Assembly: GCA_016793095.1 (NCBI GenBank)
Contig: JAEUJQ010000037.1
Span: 140,244-204,243 of the forward strand
DNA length: 64,000 nt
Direction: 5' to 3'
DNA from: Myxococcaceae bacterium
GTDB lineage: Bacteria; Myxococcota; Myxococcia; Myxococcales; Myxococcaceae
The position numbers and the translations under genes are program-made. Below are positions 46,199-55,230 of this stretch, piece by piece (positions within the stretch are counted from its first letter, which is position 1; each line of letters starts with the position of its first letter). The notes beneath the pieces were generated by a model. That model saw nothing but the letters and a program-made list of their open reading frames with translations. It did not search any database and was not told the origin of the DNA.

Positions 46199-47031
46199 TG
46201 ACGCTCCTCGCCCTCGTGCTCGCCGCTGGCCCGTGCGCCGGCTGCCACCTCGAGGTCCACGAGCGCTTCGCGAAGACGCGTCACGCTCGCGCCCACGACG
46301 AGCCGTTGTTCCTGGCCTCGTGGCAGCGCGTCTCACGCCGGCCCTGGTGCGCCAGCTGCCATGACCCTCTCGGAGGTGGCCGCGGGTTGACCTGCGAGCT
46401 GTGCCATGACGACGTCGCCCGGCAGCTCGAGGGGCACGAGCAGCGTCGGTCCGAAGCGGTGTCGCCAGACCTCTGCGCGCATTGCCACCAGTTCGCGGCC
46501 CCCGAGCCCGAGCTCGCCGCCGTGCCCATGCAGAACACCGTCGCCGAGTGGCGCCGCGCCCGGGCCGCCGGAGAGCGCCGGAGCTGCGCCGACTGTCACT
46601 TCGCGAACGCCGAACACGGAGAACATGGCGGCCACGGCCCGACGGCGGTCGAGGTGCGGGTGGGCGACGACGGGTGCTTCCGGCTCGCGACGCCCGACGT
46701 CGGCCATTCGACCCCGACGGGCGATCCGTTTCACCGGCTGCGGCTCAGGCTGTGCGCCGACGAGGCGTGCGCGACGCCGGTCGCGACGCGGTGGTTCCGG
46801 CGCACCTTCGCGCGGACGGACGCGGGGGTCGTCGAGCTGGAAGACACCCGTCTTCCCGCCGGCGTCCTGGGTGCGCGCGTCGAGTGCTTCACGCCGTCAG
46901 CCAACGTCACGAGCTGGCGGCTCGAGGCGCTGCACGCCGAGCACGGGCTTGGAGAGGTGCCCGAGGAGGAGCTCGTGCGCGTCCTCGCGAAGGGCCCGGT
47001 GTCGTGGCGTCGTGGGACGCAGCGCCGTTGA
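46195..47031 (+). CDS. Multiheme c-type cytochrome (five CxxCH motifs).
   Basis: CAGCH, CASCH, CELCH, CAHCH, CADCH. Signal-like N-terminus MMTLLALVLAAGPCAG. Confidence 0.75.
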   Translation: MMTLLALVLAAGPCAGCHLEVHERFAKTRHARAHDEPLFLASWQRVSRRPWCASCHDPLGGGRGLTCELCHDDVARQLEGHEQRRSEAVSPDLCAHCHQFAAPEPELAAVPMQNTVAEWRRARAAGERRSCADCHFANAEHGEHGGHGPTAVEVRVGDDGCFRLATPDVGHSTPTGDPFHRLRLRLCADEACATPVATRWFRRTFARTDAGVVELEDTRLPAGVLGARVECFTPSANVTSWRLEALHAEHGLGEVPEEELVRVLAKGPVSWRRGTQRR

Positions 47032-47040
47032 CGCCCTCGA

Positions 47041-48066
47041 CTACGGCTTCGCATGCGCCAGCAGCCACGTGTACACGCGCTCGGCAAACTGGTCGTTGAG
47101 CAACGGCAGGTGTCCGGCTGCGCGAATCGTCCACAACTCGGCCGCCGAGTTGCCCGGGCACCCGGTGAAGCCCTCGCGTTCGGTCTCGTCCCCCAGCAGC
47201 GCGGTGACGAGGTCGAGGTCCCCCGAGATGGGGGAGAGGTTGGCGCCGGTGCAGCCGTTCTTCGCGCCCCACGTGCGCACCGAGTCCTTCGCCGACGGGT
47301 AGGGTGGCTGACCGACGGTCGCGCCGCCGTTGTAGGCGATGACGGGGTCGAGCGTGCCGTGCACCTGCAGCACCGCGACCCCCTCGCTCGGAGTGCACTT
47401 CGTCGGGTCCGCCCAGACGTTGCCGGCGAGCGCGACGATGCCGGCGATGAGGCCCGCGCGGTCGCAGGCCATGCGGTGCGACATGAAGCCGCCGTTCGAG
47501 TGGCCAATGAGGAAGACGCGCTTCGGGTCCACCGAGTAGCGCGCCTGCACGTCGCGGATGACGGCGGTGAGGTACGCGACGTCGTCGTTCGTCTTGCCGA
47601 AGGCGCAGCACGCGTCGGTCGCGTTCCAGTACTGCTGCAGGGTGTCGTCGCGCAGGCCGTTCGGGAGCGCCACCAGGAAGCCGCGGGTCTGCGCGAGGCG
47701 CGAGATGCCGAAGTACATGTCCTGCACCTGGGCGGTGGCGGTGTAGCCGTGCAGTACGACGACGAGCGGCACCGGGGTTCCAGCGCGGTAGCCCACGGGC
47801 ACCGTCACGTCGAACGGGCGCGCCAGCACCAGTGGGTCGCGCCCGCCGTCGCTCACGCCCGCGTCCGACAGGGCGCCAGCGTCCGTCACGCCGCCACCGT
47901 CAACGCCCGCATCGAGGCCGGCGCCAGCGTCGCCGGGATCTGCGTCCACGGAGGCACCGCCGGCGTCCGCCAGCAGAGCGCCCGAGTCCATCGGCTCGAC
48001 GCGCGGGATGACGGGTGAGCAGGCGCTGATCAACGACACGCTGAGCGCGACGAGGGTCGACTTCAT
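47041..48066 (-). CDS. Secreted esterase of the PHB-depolymerase/LpqC-like alpha/beta-hydrolase family (lipoprotein).
   Basis: Lipobox LISAC. D/G/A-rich linker. VVVLHGYTATAQ, LIGHSNGGFM (nucleophile elbow), and a Cys-containing cap. Confidence 0.7.
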   Translation of the reverse strand: MKSTLVALSVSLISACSPVIPRVEPMDSGALLADAGGASVDADPGDAGAGLDAGVDGGGVTDAGALSDAGVSDGGRDPLVLARPFDVTVPVGYRAGTPVPLVVVLHGYTATAQVQDMYFGISRLAQTRGFLVALPNGLRDDTLQQYWNATDACCAFGKTNDDVAYLTAVIRDVQARYSVDPKRVFLIGHSNGGFMSHRMACDRAGLIAGIVALAGNVWADPTKCTPSEGVAVLQVHGTLDPVIAYNGGATVGQPPYPSAKDSVRTWGAKNGCTGANLSPISGDLDLVTALLGDETEREGFTGCPGNSAAELWTIRAAGHLPLLNDQFAERVYTWLLAHAKP

Positions 48067-48187
48067 GGCGGCGCGTCATGCCACGCCTCGCCCCGCCCGA
48101 CGAGGCCCCGGCGCGCTCCGTCACGCCGAGGCGTCAGGGCACGAGTCCCTCTTTCCTCCGCGCGTGATTCCGTCCAGAGTGCCCACC

Positions 48188-48994
48188 ATGAACGAGAACG
48201 AGCGCAAGCCGGCCCCTGTCGGCCAGGAAGTTCCGAAGTCCCCTGCCGACCGCGTGCGCCTCATTCAGGAGATGCAGCGCGCCGCCGAGGCCGCGCCGAT
48301 GCAGCAGGCCCAGCAGGCGCAGGTGCACCAGGCCGAGGCGCCGCTGTCTCCGGCCATCTCGCAGCCCATCAGCGTGCCCGACGCGTTCGCGGTGAAGCAG
48401 GTGAACGCCGTCGCCCAGGCGCTCGCGAACAAGACGACGCCCACCGAGGCCAACGCCTACGCGAAGCTGCAGAAGTCCACCCAGGCCCTCTTTGGCGGCT
48501 CCAACGACATCGAGGTGCTGGGCAACCCGTGGAAGGTGATTCCCTTCGGCGACGCGCTGCCGGCGCTCTTCGACGACGTGAAGGACGCGAAGGCGACGGT
48601 GCCCGAGAAGGCCGTCAAGCACGACGACGGCGCGCTGTTCGAGCTGGGCCTGACGCCGAAGGGCGCCGAGAAGCCGACGCAGAAGCGCGCGGTGCTGGTG
48701 AACGCGCAGGGCAAGCTGGCAGGCGCCGAGTGCAGGACGCCGCAGGACGCGACGCGGCTGCTCGCGACCGCGAAGTGGCTGTTGCCCGAGTCGGCGACCC
48801 GCAAGGACACCTCGTGGCGCGTCTCGGCCGGCACCGACTCGGCGTTCACGCTCGAGATTGACCGTGGCGTGGGCAAGGCGAAGGGCACCGAGCGGCTCGC
48901 GCTCGACAACTTCGGCCGCGTCACCACGCAGGGCCGCAAGTCGGACATCATCGTCGCGAACTACTTCCTCGACCGCTTCGACGCGGGCCTCTGA
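48188..48994 (+). CDS. Hypothetical protein (Gln/Ala-rich N-terminus, no signal peptide).
   Basis: An internal ATG of ORF 48008..48994 gives MNENERKPAPVG.... Normal composition. No domain recognised. Confidence 0.5.
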   Translation: MNENERKPAPVGQEVPKSPADRVRLIQEMQRAAEAAPMQQAQQAQVHQAEAPLSPAISQPISVPDAFAVKQVNAVAQALANKTTPTEANAYAKLQKSTQALFGGSNDIEVLGNPWKVIPFGDALPALFDDVKDAKATVPEKAVKHDDGALFELGLTPKGAEKPTQKRAVLVNAQGKLAGAECRTPQDATRLLATAKWLLPESATRKDTSWRVSAGTDSAFTLEIDRGVGKAKGTERLALDNFGRVTTQGRKSDIIVANYFLDRFDAGL

Positions 48995-49135
48995 CGCTCC
49001 GCTCCGTGGGTGAGGCGCGACAGGGCTGACCGGCTCCGGCGGGCCGGCCTGTGCCGTACCTGGAGCGTGATTCGCCTCGTCCTCGCGCTGCGTGGGCCCG
49101 CCGGAGACGCGCTTCCTCCGGCGGCCACGCCACCT

Positions 49136-51115
49136 TCACTTCACGGGCTCGAAGCCGGCGTGCGCGAGCGACACGCTGCCGCGGCCCTCGGTGCGACTGC
49201 GCAGCGCCGTCACGAACCCGAACGTCTTCGCGACGGGCACCTTCGCGTCGATGACGGCGATGGGCCCCGCCGTCGTCACGCCCAGCACGACGCCCCGGCG
49301 CGCCGACAGCTCACCGAGCGCTGCCCCGAGGAACGACTCCGGCACCGTCACCTGCGCCTTCGCGACCGGCTCGAGTCTGCGGAGCCCCGCCCGCTCGACG
49401 GCCTGCTGCACCGCGAGCGAGCCGGCCACCTCGAACGCCATCGCGCTCGAGTCCACCGGGTGGGTGAGCCCGTCGAGCAAGGTGACCTCGACATCGACGA
49501 CTGGCACGCCCTCTCGAACGCCACGAGAGAGCGCCGCGCGCGCACCCCGCTCCACCGCCGGGATGAACTCGGCCGGAATGGCGCCGCCCTGCACGCCATC
49601 GACGAACGACACGCCAGCGCCCGCGGGTGAGGGCGCGACCTTCACCGTCACGACCGCGAACTGCCCCGGGCCGCTGTTCTGACGGACGTGGCGGACCGTG
49701 ACGCTCGCCTCGCCCAGAGCGGTGTCCCGGTTTGACACCGCCGGCGCCGACGCTCTGATGACGAGGCTGTCTCGGCGCGCGAGCTTCTCGAGCCAGATGG
49801 CCAGGTGCAGCTCACCGACGCCGCACAGCACCGTCTGCCCCGTCTCGGCGTCCACGCGGACGCGGAGGGAGGGGTCCTCGATGCACGCACGACGCAGCGC
49901 CTCGGCCAGCTTCGACCGGTCTTCACCCGACTTGACGGTGAGCGCGAGCTCGACGACCGGCTCGGTGGTGGCGAGCGACTCCAGCACGACGTCGAGCGCC
50001 TCGGCGGTCACGGTGTCGCCGGTGCGCGCGGACTTGAGCCCGACGAGCGCGGCGATGCCGCCCGGCCCGAGCTCGGCCATCGGCTCGAACTGGCCTCCGT
50101 GCAGGCCGAGGACGCGGGCCACGCGCTCGCGGCGCCGCGAAGGACGCACCACGAGCGTCGCTCCGGGGCGAATGACGCCCTGGAACACGCGCACCCACGC
50201 GAGGCTGCCCACGTGCGGGTCGACGTCGGTCTTGAAGACGAAGCCACACGACGGCGCGTCTTCGCGTGCCGACAAACCTGACGGCAGCGAGCGGTCCAAC
50301 GGCGATGGCAGGTACCGCACCACCGCGTCGAGGACCGCAGGAACGCCCTTGTTCCTGAGCGCGGCGCCGCACAGCACCGGCACCACCTGCAGCGACACGG
50401 TGAGCCGACGCACGGCCTCGTGCAGCACCGCGGAGGGCACCTCCTCGTCACGCGACCAGGCCTCCCCGACCTCGGGGTCGAGCTCGGCGAGCGTCTGGAC
50501 GAGCACCTCGCGCCGCTGCCCCTCCTCGGCGGGCGTGCGTGTCACCGCACCATCGGCGCCGAACGACAGCGCCTGCTGCTCGATGACGTCGATGAGGGTT
50601 CCGTCCTCGCGCACCCACTGCAGGAAGACGGGCCGCGCGCCGAGCCGCTCGCGCAGGTCACCGAGGCACCGCTCCACCGACGCGCCTGGCGCATCGAGCT
50701 TGTTCACGAAGACGACGCGCGGCACGCCGTGCCGGTCGGCCTGGCGCCACACGCTCTCGGTCTGCGGCTCCACCCCGCGCCCGGCGTCCAGCACGACGAC
50801 GGCGCCGTCGAGCACGCGCAGGGACCGCTCGACCTCGATGGCGAAGTCCACGTGGCCGGGTGTGTCGATGAGCGTGAGCTGGTGTTCCGGCAGGCCCAGA
50901 GGCTGCCAGCGGAACGACGAGGCCGCCGCGGAGATGGTGATGCCGTGCTTCCGCTCTTCGACGTCGTGGTCGAGCGTGGTGTCGCCGTGGTGCACCTCGC
51001 CGATGCGGTGGATGCGCCCGCTCAGGAAGAGCATGCGCTCCGAGACGGTGGTCTTGCCTGCGTCGACGTGCGCCAGCACGCCGAACAAACGGGTTCTCTT
51101 CAGGGTGGTGAGCAT
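49136..51115 (-). CDS. Elongation factor G paralog (EF-G2-like translational GTPase).
   Basis: G1 AHVDAGKTT, G2 GITI, G3 DTPGHVDF, G4 NKLD. RIGEVHHGDTTLDHDVEERKHGITI is closest to EF-G. 659 aa, with domains II-V present. Confidence 0.9.
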   Translation of the reverse strand: MLTTLKRTRLFGVLAHVDAGKTTVSERMLFLSGRIHRIGEVHHGDTTLDHDVEERKHGITISAAASSFRWQPLGLPEHQLTLIDTPGHVDFAIEVERSLRVLDGAVVVLDAGRGVEPQTESVWRQADRHGVPRVVFVNKLDAPGASVERCLGDLRERLGARPVFLQWVREDGTLIDVIEQQALSFGADGAVTRTPAEEGQRREVLVQTLAELDPEVGEAWSRDEEVPSAVLHEAVRRLTVSLQVVPVLCGAALRNKGVPAVLDAVVRYLPSPLDRSLPSGLSAREDAPSCGFVFKTDVDPHVGSLAWVRVFQGVIRPGATLVVRPSRRRERVARVLGLHGGQFEPMAELGPGGIAALVGLKSARTGDTVTAEALDVVLESLATTEPVVELALTVKSGEDRSKLAEALRRACIEDPSLRVRVDAETGQTVLCGVGELHLAIWLEKLARRDSLVIRASAPAVSNRDTALGEASVTVRHVRQNSGPGQFAVVTVKVAPSPAGAGVSFVDGVQGGAIPAEFIPAVERGARAALSRGVREGVPVVDVEVTLLDGLTHPVDSSAMAFEVAGSLAVQQAVERAGLRRLEPVAKAQVTVPESFLGAALGELSARRGVVLGVTTAGPIAVIDAKVPVAKTFGFVTALRSRTEGRGSVSLAHAGFEPVK

Positions 51116-51451
51116 GGAAGGTCCTTCGCGTCAGCGCTGTCGCGCCGCGCGTTCGAAGCCGGTCGGACAGACCGGAAGGTGGAGCCAGCGCGAACGCTGG
51201 CGTGGAGGAAGGGTGAGGTGAGTGGAGTGACGACCGGCGCGCGAGGCAGGCGCTCAGCGCGCCCGCACCAGGGCTGCGAGCAGCACCGGAGTGCGCTGAA
51301 CGGCCAGGACGCTGACGCCAACGGGTGTCATGTCAGGCGTGACGAGGGCTGACGGCGACTCTGACGAAGCGTGCGGACTGCGCGCACCGACGTCGGGTGA
51401 AGCGCTGACGCTCCGCGGCCCTCCGATTCGCGCGGCCCTTCCTCGTCGCCC

Positions 51452-53419
51452 TCACGGAGCGCCGGCGTCGACCTCTTCAGGAAGCGCCTCATCCCCTTCG
51501 ACGAGCGCGCCGCCGTCACTGAAGTCGAAGGTCTCCTCGGGCAGCGGCTCCTCCGCGGCCTTCGGCTCCCACGGCGCTGCGCTGGACAGGGGCAGACAGG
51601 CCCACGGCTCGAAGAGCGTCGCCTTCCGCGACAGCCTCAGCCCGGCCTGGAAACACAGCTGGCGGCGTCGGATGAGCTCGAGCTCGCGCCACGCGACCTC
51701 ACCGTTGCGCACCCAGACCCGGTCGTACTCGTTGAGGGGGCTGGCCGGGCCGGGGCGGAAGCGGAGGACGACCGTTGGCCAGCCCTCGGCCGGCTCGGTG
51801 CTGGCCTCGATGCCGTACCACCCGTCGTGAGTCACCAGCATCGTGCGCGGCCGCGGGAGCGCGTCGATGGCAGCGCGCTGCTCGGTGAGGGTCTTCTCGA
51901 CCGCCCCGAAGAAGTCGTCGGCGACCAGCGCGAGGTCCATGCCCGCGAGCTGGAAGGTGGCCTGCCACAGCGCGGGGCCGTCGAGCTTCGGGGGCAGCTT
52001 CTCGTCCCCGAAGGCGCGGATGAGCCGGTGGATCGACCCGGCGCCGTAGCGCTTCACCATCGCGTCGATGAGGCCCCGCCCGATGACGTACTTGAGGTCG
52101 TCGTCGCCGCTCAGGGTGAAGCGCTCGAAGTCGATGATGTCGGTGAGCTGCAGCGCGTTGCGGTCGAGCAGCGCGGCGAGCACGAGCTGCTCGTCGGCTG
52201 GGTGCACCAGGAAGTGGCCCTCGACCCACGACGCGAGGCCTTCGTCGAGCACGCGCGCGGCAGACCAGCGCTCGAAGCCCTCCTCTCCGACGAGGCGCCT
52301 GGCGATGACATGCGTCGTCTCGTGCGCGAGCGTCGCGACGGCCTCGTCATCGGCCACCATGCGAATGCGGTCCCTGAAGGCGGTGCCGAGGGTGTTCCGC
52401 ATCGAGCCCGAGAGGTCGACGAAGATGGGCGCACCGCCATCGACTCCGAGGAGCCCCGCCACCTTCGTGTACGCCTCGTCCGCCTGGTCGGCGAGCGCGA
52501 GCGCGGGCTTCGACTCGATGCTGGGGTAGCTCAGCTCGTAGAACGTCGTCGCGGTGACGGCGGGCGCAGAGTCGGGCACTGACTCGAGGTCCGGCTCGCC
52601 TGACCCCGGCCGGTCATCCTCCCGTTCGTCCTGCCAAACCCAGACGGCTCCCACGAGCGCGGTGAGGGTCAGCAGCGTCACCAGCGCGCCCACCACCGGC
52701 CTCGGGTTCACCACCACCGTGCGGCTCCGGCCCGCCCGCACGAAGAGCGCCCACGCGACGAGCGTGCACACCGAAGCCACGGTCGCCTGAGCGGCGATGA
52801 GCTCGACGTCGTAGCGCCAGCGAACGCCTTCAGCGCCCGACTCCACGAGGCGGAGCGGGTCGAGCATCGCCGCGCGCGGCACGAAGTGGATGAGGCGCTG
52901 CAGCGCAGCCGCGACGACGCCCACGAGCATCCACGTCAGGCTGCGCGCGAAGCCGAGGAGCGTGCCGACGACGAGGAACGTCGTCATCAACTGCAGCTGC
53001 GAGAGGAGCGCGCCGAGCACCAGGCCCCAGTGAAACGGCTCATCGAGGCTCCCGCGCGCGGCGGCGTGGCCGACGAGGGCCCAGGCGAGCTGGAACCCGG
53101 GGAACGTCATCAACACCACGAGCGCGGCGAGCAGCTTGGTGAAGAAGACCTGCGTGCGCGTCACAGGCAGGGCGTCGAGGAAGGCGAGCGTGCCGTCGTC
53201 GCGCTCCTTCACCGAGATGCCCGTCCCCAGCGCGAGGGCGATGAGCCCGTAGATGAGCGGCAGCGGCGGCGCCATGAGGCTGAAGAACGTCGAGCCGAGC
53301 GCTCGGAACGACGACTTCGTCACCAGGTCATCGACGACGGTGAGGAGGATGAGCACGGCGGCCAACGCGACGTAGGGCCGCAGCGCCCGCAGCTCCTTGC
53401 TCAAGAGCGTGCCGTTCAC
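51452..53419 (-). CDS. ABC-2-type permease-like polytopic membrane domain fused to a C-terminal HEXXH (M1/gluzincin-like) metallopeptidase-like domain.
   Basis: Six to seven TM helices follow LLSKELRALRPYV. The C-terminal soluble domain has AHETTHVIARRL (HExxH) and a downstream Glu. GTG at 53419 is chosen to abut the upstream paralog. The longest ORF starts at 53458. Confidence 0.7.
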   Translation of the reverse strand: MNGTLLSKELRALRPYVALAAVLILLTVVDDLVTKSSFRALGSTFFSLMAPPLPLIYGLIALALGTGISVKERDDGTLAFLDALPVTRTQVFFTKLLAALVVLMTFPGFQLAWALVGHAAARGSLDEPFHWGLVLGALLSQLQLMTTFLVVGTLLGFARSLTWMLVGVVAAALQRLIHFVPRAAMLDPLRLVESGAEGVRWRYDVELIAAQATVASVCTLVAWALFVRAGRSRTVVVNPRPVVGALVTLLTLTALVGAVWVWQDEREDDRPGSGEPDLESVPDSAPAVTATTFYELSYPSIESKPALALADQADEAYTKVAGLLGVDGGAPIFVDLSGSMRNTLGTAFRDRIRMVADDEAVATLAHETTHVIARRLVGEEGFERWSAARVLDEGLASWVEGHFLVHPADEQLVLAALLDRNALQLTDIIDFERFTLSGDDDLKYVIGRGLIDAMVKRYGAGSIHRLIRAFGDEKLPPKLDGPALWQATFQLAGMDLALVADDFFGAVEKTLTEQRAAIDALPRPRTMLVTHDGWYGIEASTEPAEGWPTVVLRFRPGPASPLNEYDRVWVRNGEVAWRELELIRRRQLCFQAGLRLSRKATLFEPWACLPLSSAAPWEPKAAEEPLPEETFDFSDGGALVEGDEALPEEVDAGAP

Positions 53420-55230
53420 GGCAGCACCTCCCACGCCTGCAGCACCCGCGCGCTGCACTTCAGCTCGTCATCATCGACCTCGATGGCGACGAAGAGCCGC
53501 TCGCCCGAGGTGAACGTCGCCGGGGCGAGGGCGTCGCCTGCGCGCGCGTCGACCCGCGTGGGCTCGGTGTCCGAGATGCCTGCCTGCCAGGGCGCAGTCG
53601 ATGCGGTCAGCCCGCGCCACCGCGTCACCGGCTGGCCGTGCCTCGACAACCGGAACCTCACCTGCGTCTGGCCGCCACCCCGGGGCACCAGCTCGTACGC
53701 GCCCTGGTAGCCGAGCGGGCCGCCAGCGTTGCGCCGCGCTGCCTCCGCGCGCTCGATCAGCCTGGCGAAGTCCACCTTCTTCTCGGTGAGCAGCGCCGGC
53801 AGCTTCTCTTCGAAGAGCACGTCGCGGAAGCTCTCGTGCGGCTTCACGAAGGTGCGGCGCGCGAGCTCGATGACGGCGCCCTCTCCGAGCTCGTCGACGA
53901 GCGCGTCCACGAGGGTGAAGCTGATGCCCATGCCGAAGCAGTCTCCAGCCCGCTCGAAGGTCTCGTCCCACCGGGCGATGGCCTGCGGCGACAAGCTCAC
54001 GGGAGAGGCCGCCGCGCGACGTCGCAGCAGCGCGCGCGCCTCTGCGTCGCCGCGCGTGTTCCAGTAGGAGGCGAAGCCGTCGAGCAGCCAGTGGCGGTCC
54101 TCCTCGAGGGCGCGGTGGTCGGTGTGGTCGCCGACGATGGAGTGGAGGATGCGGTAGCGCAGCATCAGCGGGTCGAAGCGGGGGTCAGCGACGTTCGCCC
54201 GGAAGACGTGCCCGTCTTTCTCGCCGAGGGGTACGCGCAAGACGATGTCGGGGTCGAGGCCACGCTGCGAGACGACGTAGACGCCAGCGAGCTTCGGGTA
54301 CTCCATCGCCTGCACGAAGGTGACGACGTCGATGGCGATGGCCTCGACGAGGGCCTGGGCCTGCGCGTCGCTGACGCCCTCGCCGGGGAGGACGCCGATG
54401 GGGCCGACGGGTGAGTCCTTCGGGATCACGGACTCGAGCGCGAAGGCCGGCCGGTCGCGGTCCCGGGTGAGGACACTGAAGAGCATGAAGCCCACGAGCA
54501 ACGTGCTCGCCGAGAAGATGCGCTCCCGCGACGTCATGCGCCCCGAGAGCGTGGTGGCGATGGAGCCCTCGCCCACGACCGGCAGCACGAGGCCCACCAG
54601 CAGGCCCACCCCGATGACGAGCGAGCCCACCACCACGTCGATGGCCTCGGGCCAGGCGTTCGCGACGGCGAGCGACTCGGAGGCGAGGCGGAACGGAGGC
54701 GTCTGCATCACCACGAGCTGGCCGACGGTGTCGAGGCCGTAGACGAAGAGGCCAGAGACGACCCAGAAGAGCAGCCGGTAGCGGCCGAGCAGGCCCGCGA
54801 CGAAGCACACGGCCCAGAAGCACGTCATCCACAACACCGCGGGCACCAGGGCGTAGAGCGCGTCGAGGGGCGGCACCGGCGTCGTCTTCGCCTGCCACCA
54901 CCACGTCGCGGCCCAGGCGGACGTCACGGAGAACGTCACCCAGGCCCAGCCGACGAGCCACTTGGTGACGACGACCCGCAGGCGGCTGATGGGCAGGGTC
55001 TCGAGGAAGAGCTGCGTCTTGCCGGTGTACTCGCGAACGACGAGGCGGTTGCCGGCGACCAGCGCGGCGACGAGGCCGTAGGTGAGGACGAAGGCCTTGA
55101 GCGCCGCGAAGCGCCCACCCTCCTCGTCTCCGCGGCTCAGCGACACCGCGAGCCCGAGGCCGAACAGCACGAAGAGGACGGCGAACACCCAGCCGTGCTC
55201 CCGCAGCTCCTTGAAGACGATTCGCCTCAT
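53416..55230 (-). CDS. ABC-2-type permease-like membrane protein, a paralog of the downstream gene with a degenerate C-terminal domain lacking HEXXH.
   Basis: It starts MRRIVFKELREHGWVFAVLFVLFGL, parallel to the VNGTLLSKELRALRPYV start of the next gene, followed by multiple TM helices. The C-terminal about 300 aa is soluble. ATGA-type overlaps link the three genes. Confidence 0.7.
   Translation of the reverse strand: MRRIVFKELREHGWVFAVLFVLFGLGLAVSLSRGDEEGGRFAALKAFVLTYGLVAALVAGNRLVVREYTGKTQLFLETLPISRLRVVVTKWLVGWAWVTFSVTSAWAATWWWQAKTTPVPPLDALYALVPAVLWMTCFWAVCFVAGLLGRYRLLFWVVSGLFVYGLDTVGQLVVMQTPPFRLASESLAVANAWPEAIDVVVGSLVIGVGLLVGLVLPVVGEGSIATTLSGRMTSRERIFSASTLLVGFMLFSVLTRDRDRPAFALESVIPKDSPVGPIGVLPGEGVSDAQAQALVEAIAIDVVTFVQAMEYPKLAGVYVVSQRGLDPDIVLRVPLGEKDGHVFRANVADPRFDPLMLRYRILHSIVGDHTDHRALEEDRHWLLDGFASYWNTRGDAEARALLRRRAAASPVSLSPQAIARWDETFERAGDCFGMGISFTLVDALVDELGEGAVIELARRTFVKPHESFRDVLFEEKLPALLTEKKVDFARLIERAEAARRNAGGPLGYQGAYELVPRGGGQTQVRFRLSRHGQPVTRWRGLTASTAPWQAGISDTEPTRVDARAGDALAPATFTSGERLFVAIEVDDDELKCSARVLQAWEVLP

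Noticed and set aside
49136-51115. Tetracycline ribosomal-protection protein (TetM/O-like) assignment for the 659-aa GTPase.
   Set aside because: The G-domain and switch regions (IGEVHHGDTTLDHDVEERKHGITI, ESVWRQADRHGVPRVVFVNKLD) resemble EF-G far more than TetM. It is called an EF-G paralog.
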